Shown piece after piece: positions 58,998 to 64,000 of a stretch of 64,000 bases of DNA. Numbering within the stretch: the first letter of the stretch is position 1; every line of letters begins with the position of its first letter. The notes beneath the pieces are model-generated. The model made no database searches, was not told the DNA's origin, and saw only the letters and a list, made by a program, of their open reading frames with translations. The translations under genes and the position numbers were made by a program. Source of the DNA: Azolla caroliniana (lineage: Eukaryota; Plantae; Polypodiophyta); NCBI GenBank assembly GCA_043228905.1, contig JBHGNT010000009.1, forward strand, positions 18,724,001-18,788,000. Reading direction: 5' to 3'.

Positions 58998-61900
58998 TCT
59001 TCGTGACGAGACACGAAGCAAACTCAATGAAGAAGATCACCCCGAAGTCGGAGGAGGTGTGGTACGTCGACTCCGACGCGTCAAACCACATGACGTGCCA
59101 CAAGGAGTGGTTCTCATACCTTGAGAAACCGACGCAACCAGGAGTAGTCGCAACCGGAGACGACACTCCGCATCCGATTGCGAATGTCGAAGAAGTTCCC
59201 CTGAGCCATGTCAGGCAGAAAGGGAAACTCATGAACGTGCTACACGTTCCGACAATCACGAAGAATCTGGTGTCGGTCGGGCAGATCGTCGACCAAGGGA
59301 TGCAGGTTCGGTTTACACACCTCGGGTGCTTCATTGAGGAAGAAGGCCGTGTTATTGCGCAAGGGCGCAGAGATGGGAGGATGTTCATCCTCGACTCTAT
59401 TGACGGTGGCACCGCAATGTTCGCAAAGGGACAAAAAGTCGAGTCGGACATCGACTTATGGCACAAGCGGATAGGCCACGTCAACTACCAACGGCTTCAG
59501 GACCTGCAATCGAAACAGGTGGTGTTCGGATTGCCCAAATTTAGTGACCGGAAGGCATAAATTTGTGAAGCTTGCCAGCTTGGGAAGCAACACCGACTTC
59601 CCTTCCCCAACGAGCGTAACCGGAGTCGGAACAAGCTTAACTTGATACACTCCGATGTGTGGGGGCCGGCACAAAAAGTTAGTCTTGGCGGGAGCCGATA
59701 TTTCGTCTCCTTAATCGACAACTACACGCGGCACGCGTGGATCTACCTCATTGAGAGGAAAAGCGAAGTCTTCGACTGTCTCCGAGACCTCAAAGGGTTC
59801 GTGGAAACGGAAACAGGACGAAAGATCAAGTGCCTGTGGTCAGATGGCGGAAAAGAGTATTTTTCCGGTCAATTCAATGGCTATCTGCAACAGATGGGAA
59901 TTCGGCGTGAATTCAGTTGTAGATACACGCCGAAGCAAAACGGCGTGGCCGAGAGGAAGAATCGGTCGGTTGTGGAAGTGGCACGGGCAATGCTAGAGGA
60001 GAAGAGCTTGCCCAAGTTCTACTGGGCCAAGGCGGTAAGGACCGCGGTATACATCCAGAACCGGATCGGAGACAAAGTGTCGGCGCACGAGCTATATTTC
60101 GGAATGAAGCCGAACTTGCGACACTTACGAGTTTTCGGTAGCATTGCATATGTGCATGTGCCGAAGGAGAAAAGGAAGTTGGACGCGAAAGCCGAGAAGT
60201 GTATCTTGCTCGGCTATTCGGACGAACAGAAGGGTTATAAGTGCTATAACCCACGCACCAAACAAGCGTGTGTGAGCCGTGACGTTGTGTTTGACGAGTC
60301 CGCGTCCTGGTACTTGCCTCCGACTCCGGACCTCACCTCCAATCCGAGTTCTGATGATGAGGTCAGCGAGGCCGAGATGCCTCCGGATAAGCCTGAAATC
60401 GGGACCCACGAAGAGAGTCCGATTTCGTTTCAGTTAAATGGACCGAATGGACGACTGAGTCGGTTCGACCAGTCCGATGAAGAGCCGGCGAGTAGTGGAG
60501 ACTCGGTCGTGCATTCCCCACGCAGGAAGCCAAAGAGACGGCTTACGCACAAAGAGAAAGGGAAGAAGAAGGTGTCGGATTCCGGCACGGATAGGAACGA
60601 GTCAGACCGACGCGACTCCGACTCCGAGGGAAGCGGTGATGGGTCTTCAAGAGCGAAGTCCGCGTCAGCCGAGAAGACCTCGACATCGGCTAATGACCGA
60701 TTACGCCGATCTACCCGCCAAAAGAACCCAGTTGTGCAGTTCGGATACAACGAGTACATGGCGCATCATTATGCATACATGACCCGTGTAGCGGAAGTGC
60801 GTGAGCCGGAGAGCTACGCAGAAGCAGCTAAGGACGCGAATTGGCGCGCCGCGATGGAGGAAGAGATGCACGCATTGGCGGAAAATGAGACCTGGGACCT
60901 GGTTGATGCACCGAAGGGTGTGAAGCCGATCGGATGTAGGTGGGTGTACAAGGTCAAGTACAACACCGATGGCTGGGTCAACCGATACAAGGCCTGGTTA
61001 GTGGCAAAAGGCTACGCGCAGAAACACGGCATCGATTACGATGAGACGTTTGCGCCGGTCGCGAAGATGACGACCATCCGTGTTTTGCTCGCGATAGCTA
61101 CGGCAAAGGGGTGGCACTTACATCAGATGGATGTAAAGAATGTGTTCCTACAAGGTGAGCTTGAGGAACATGTGTACATGGTACAACCCCCCGGATTTCA
61201 CTCCGGAATGAACACTTCGGCGGCGTGCCGATTGAAGAAGTCCCTTTATGGACTAACGCAAGCCCCACGTGCCTGGAACGCAAAGATCACACAGCAACTG
61301 CGTCGGTTGGGCTTTGCAACATCCAAATCAAAATCTTCCCTGTTCATCCGGAAAGGTCGACTCGGGCCGGTCAGTATTTTACTATATGTTGATGACTTGG
61401 TCATCACCGGCGCCGACCTAGGTGAAATCGACCGCGTGAAGCTCCAGCTTGCGGCATCATTCGACATGAAGGATCTAGGGGACCTTCATTACTTCCTCGA
61501 GATCGAAGTGATCCGCACCCCCGAAGGCATACTGATCAGCCAACGGCATTACACGCTGAATATGCTCTTCAAATTCGGGATGGCCAACTGTAAGTCCGTC
61601 TCGACTCCTCTGGATAGAACCGTCAAGCTTCGTCCCAATTCCAGCAAGGTTTGCGATCCGACAAGGTTCCGACAAATTGTCGGAAGCCTTATCTACTTGA
61701 CAATCACCCGACCCGATCTCAGTTATCCGATCGGGGTGATCAATCAATTTATGGCGCGACCTACCGAGGAGCACCTTTAGTGTGCGCAACGCGTACTGCG
61801 GTACATAAGCGGCACTAAGGACCGGGGACTGCTATTTCGGACCGGTCTAGCCCCGTAGTTGGTCGGCTACACTGATGTTGATTGGGCTGGCAACGCCGCC

Positions 61901-63328
61901 GATCGCCGATCCACGTCCGGATACGCGTTCTCTCTATGGAGTGCCGCGATCGCGTGGAGCAGAAAGAAGCAACCGACAGTTGCATTGTCGAGCACCGAAG
62001 CCAAGTATAGAGGAGCGGCTGTCGCGACATGCGAAGCCATATGGTTGAAGCGGCTACTTAAGGATCTGCAGGTGGAGGTGTCTGATCCGACGACGATCTA
62101 CTACGACAACCTCAGCAACATCCAACTCGCGAAGAACCTGGTCTTCCACGCACGGACCAAGCACATTGAGGTGCACTACCATTTTGTCCGTGAGCGTGTC
62201 CTTTCTGGTGAAGTCGAACTTCAGTATGTTCCGACGGATCGGCAGACCGCCGACATCTTCACCAAGCCTCTTGGTCTGGACAAGTTGCAGCAATTCTCGA
62301 GTGCGCTTGGGTTGCGTCACCTCGACGTGCCGAACTTGAGGGGGAGAGGCGTCCCAGATGACCACGGAAGGGAGCAGGAAAGGAGCGGAAAAGACCGTGA
62401 CGCTGAGACGGATGACGAATTCGACTTTGAATCGACTGAAGAAGCCGAGAGCGGATCCGCGGAAGAGTCCGAAAGCGGACATAAGGGGAGCAGCTGGAAG
62501 AAAGAGCCAAAGCCAACCAAGCATGGGGGAGATGACGTCATCAAGGGCAAGAAGACCGAAGACAAGTTGGAGACAGCCAACTCGGACGAGAGCAAAAACC
62601 GATCGGAGGTAGCCAAGTCGGTTCAGATGTTTGATTCAGATACACTGAATCAACCGAGGGCCAAGCGGAAAAGAAGGCAGCAGGAGAAGCGCCAACACCG
62701 CGACAGCAAGGGAGCTGTGAAGGGCCGTGGGAGCAGACAAGCCGACCGGAAGGGTCGAAGCACGCGGAGTCGAACAGGCCGAGGAGTGCGAGCGAGGCGT
62801 GAAGCCAGGAGGAACCGGAACGATGATCCGGAAGATCCCGAAGAGCCTCAAGTTTAGCTTGAGGGGGAGTGTTGAGAGACAAGCTAAACATCGGCCGGAT
62901 CGGCTGAGCAAGCCGAGGACCGGATCGGTTGGGGCCGATCGGTTAGGCCGGACCGGTGCATAAAACGGATGTGTAAACCGGTATGCAAACCGGTGCGTAA
63001 TGAGAGGTCGTATCGGTGCGTAGACCGAAAGGTTGTTAGAAAGATATTCCTCGTAAGGAATAGTTTTGGGAGTAAGTGTCGAGGCTCATTTATGAGCAGT
63101 CAAGTACTGTCAGCACTTGTGTCAGCCCGATTGTCAGGGCTTGTATAAAAGTGCTCACTGAGCACATCCTATGTACAGATTGAGTATTATTTTTTAATCA
63201 AGTTTTAGTGTTTTACTCTCTCTCTCTCTGTCTCTCCCATGCGTACTGTGCAAACCTAAGCTTTCCATTAAACCTACGCATTTTCTTTGTGTTCGTTTTT
63301 CTATTGCTTCCACACATTATCTTTCACA
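58998..63328 (+). mobile_element. 3' half of the Bryco-like Copia whose 5' half is at 15956-17491 (PR-INT-RT-RH, 3' LTR 62870-63328)
   Basis: Motifs WYVDSDASNHMT and IHSDVWGP; 712-aa INT-RT ORF with LYVDD; RNase H; PPT; flank GAACT. Confidence 0.92.
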
Positions 63329-64000
63329 GAACTCCAAGTCGACCAACAGAGATTGGTTGGAAGACGCAAGGATCCATCCAGCCGGAAGCCGGATAACGCT
63401 TGATGAACCAGCCAGATTTGGACAAGAAACAGAACCGACCGAAGAAGAAAAAGAAGCAGACACCGGAATCAAACAAGACCCCGAATTGGATTCTGATGAA
63501 GAACAGACAGAGGAACCGGTGAATGAAAACCAAGGACGGAGATATCCTCTCAGAGAGAGAAGAGCCCCCCGGAGATTTTCGGATGCAGAGCATGTATTGT
63601 TGACCAATGAGGGGGAGCCGGAAAGCTTCGAAGAAGCAAAGAAAGACACCCACCGCCGCAAGTGGTTAAGTGCCATGTAGGATGAGATGGATTCCCTGCA
63701 TGAGAAGCCAAAAGTAAAGAGCGCTCCAGAACAAGTGGGTGTACAAGCTGAAACCGGGAGATGCTGGAAATCAACAAAGATACAAAGCTCAGATCGTGAT
63801 GAAGGGATTCCAACAGAAGAAAGGAGTGGATTTCGACGAGATCTTTGCCCCGGTTGTATGACATCCATCCGGACTGTGTTGAGCATAGCGGCGAGCATGG
63901 ACCTCGAGGTCGGACAACTCGATGTTAAGACGATGTTCCTTCATGGGAACCTCGAGGAGGAGATTTACATGCAGCAATCGGAAGGATTCATCAAGAAAGG
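63329..64000 (+). pseudogene. Tork-like Copia F, INT-RT linker and start of RT (runs off the window)
   Basis: Motifs RRYPLRERRAP, LLTNEGEPESFEEA, NKWVYKLK and QLDVKTMFLHG; in frame with the reverse complement of 17492-17560. Confidence 0.85.

Noticed and set aside
1-64000. CRISPR arrays or prokaryotic defence/operon systems
   Set aside because: Spliceosomal introns and plant retroelements throughout, with no repeat-spacer arrays.

Overview
Land-plant genomic DNA (probably a bryophyte, inferred from the TE lineages). Bases 59-1541 hold the last six exons of a staphylococcal-nuclease-like (CAN1/CAN2-type) gene. The rest is a transposon nest up to five levels deep that can be resolved from LTR ends, primer-binding sites (PBS), polypurine tracts (PPT) and target-site duplications (TSD). 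It contains Tork/Tnt1-like and Bryco-like Copia elements, a non-chromovirus Gypsy family with a tRNA-Trp PBS, Tat-like remnants with a tRNA-Arg PBS and an antisense extra ORF, and one apparently intact LINE. Main signals: (1) a tRNA-like A/B-box module at a fixed divergent position in the U3 of two diverged Gypsy LTR families; (2) 4-bp, CpG-centred TSDs for that Gypsy family; (3) a conserved -1 frameshift slippery site plus pseudoknot after its protease; (4) LINE ORF1 and ORF2 in frame across a single UGA-CGG; (5) a Tat-like antisense gene next to a bipartite PBS; (6) a hairpin enclosing the PPT of Bryco-like elements; (7) an inversion of about 43 kb shown by split TSDs. All structures and alignments were read by eye, and family names are inferences that need database confirmation.
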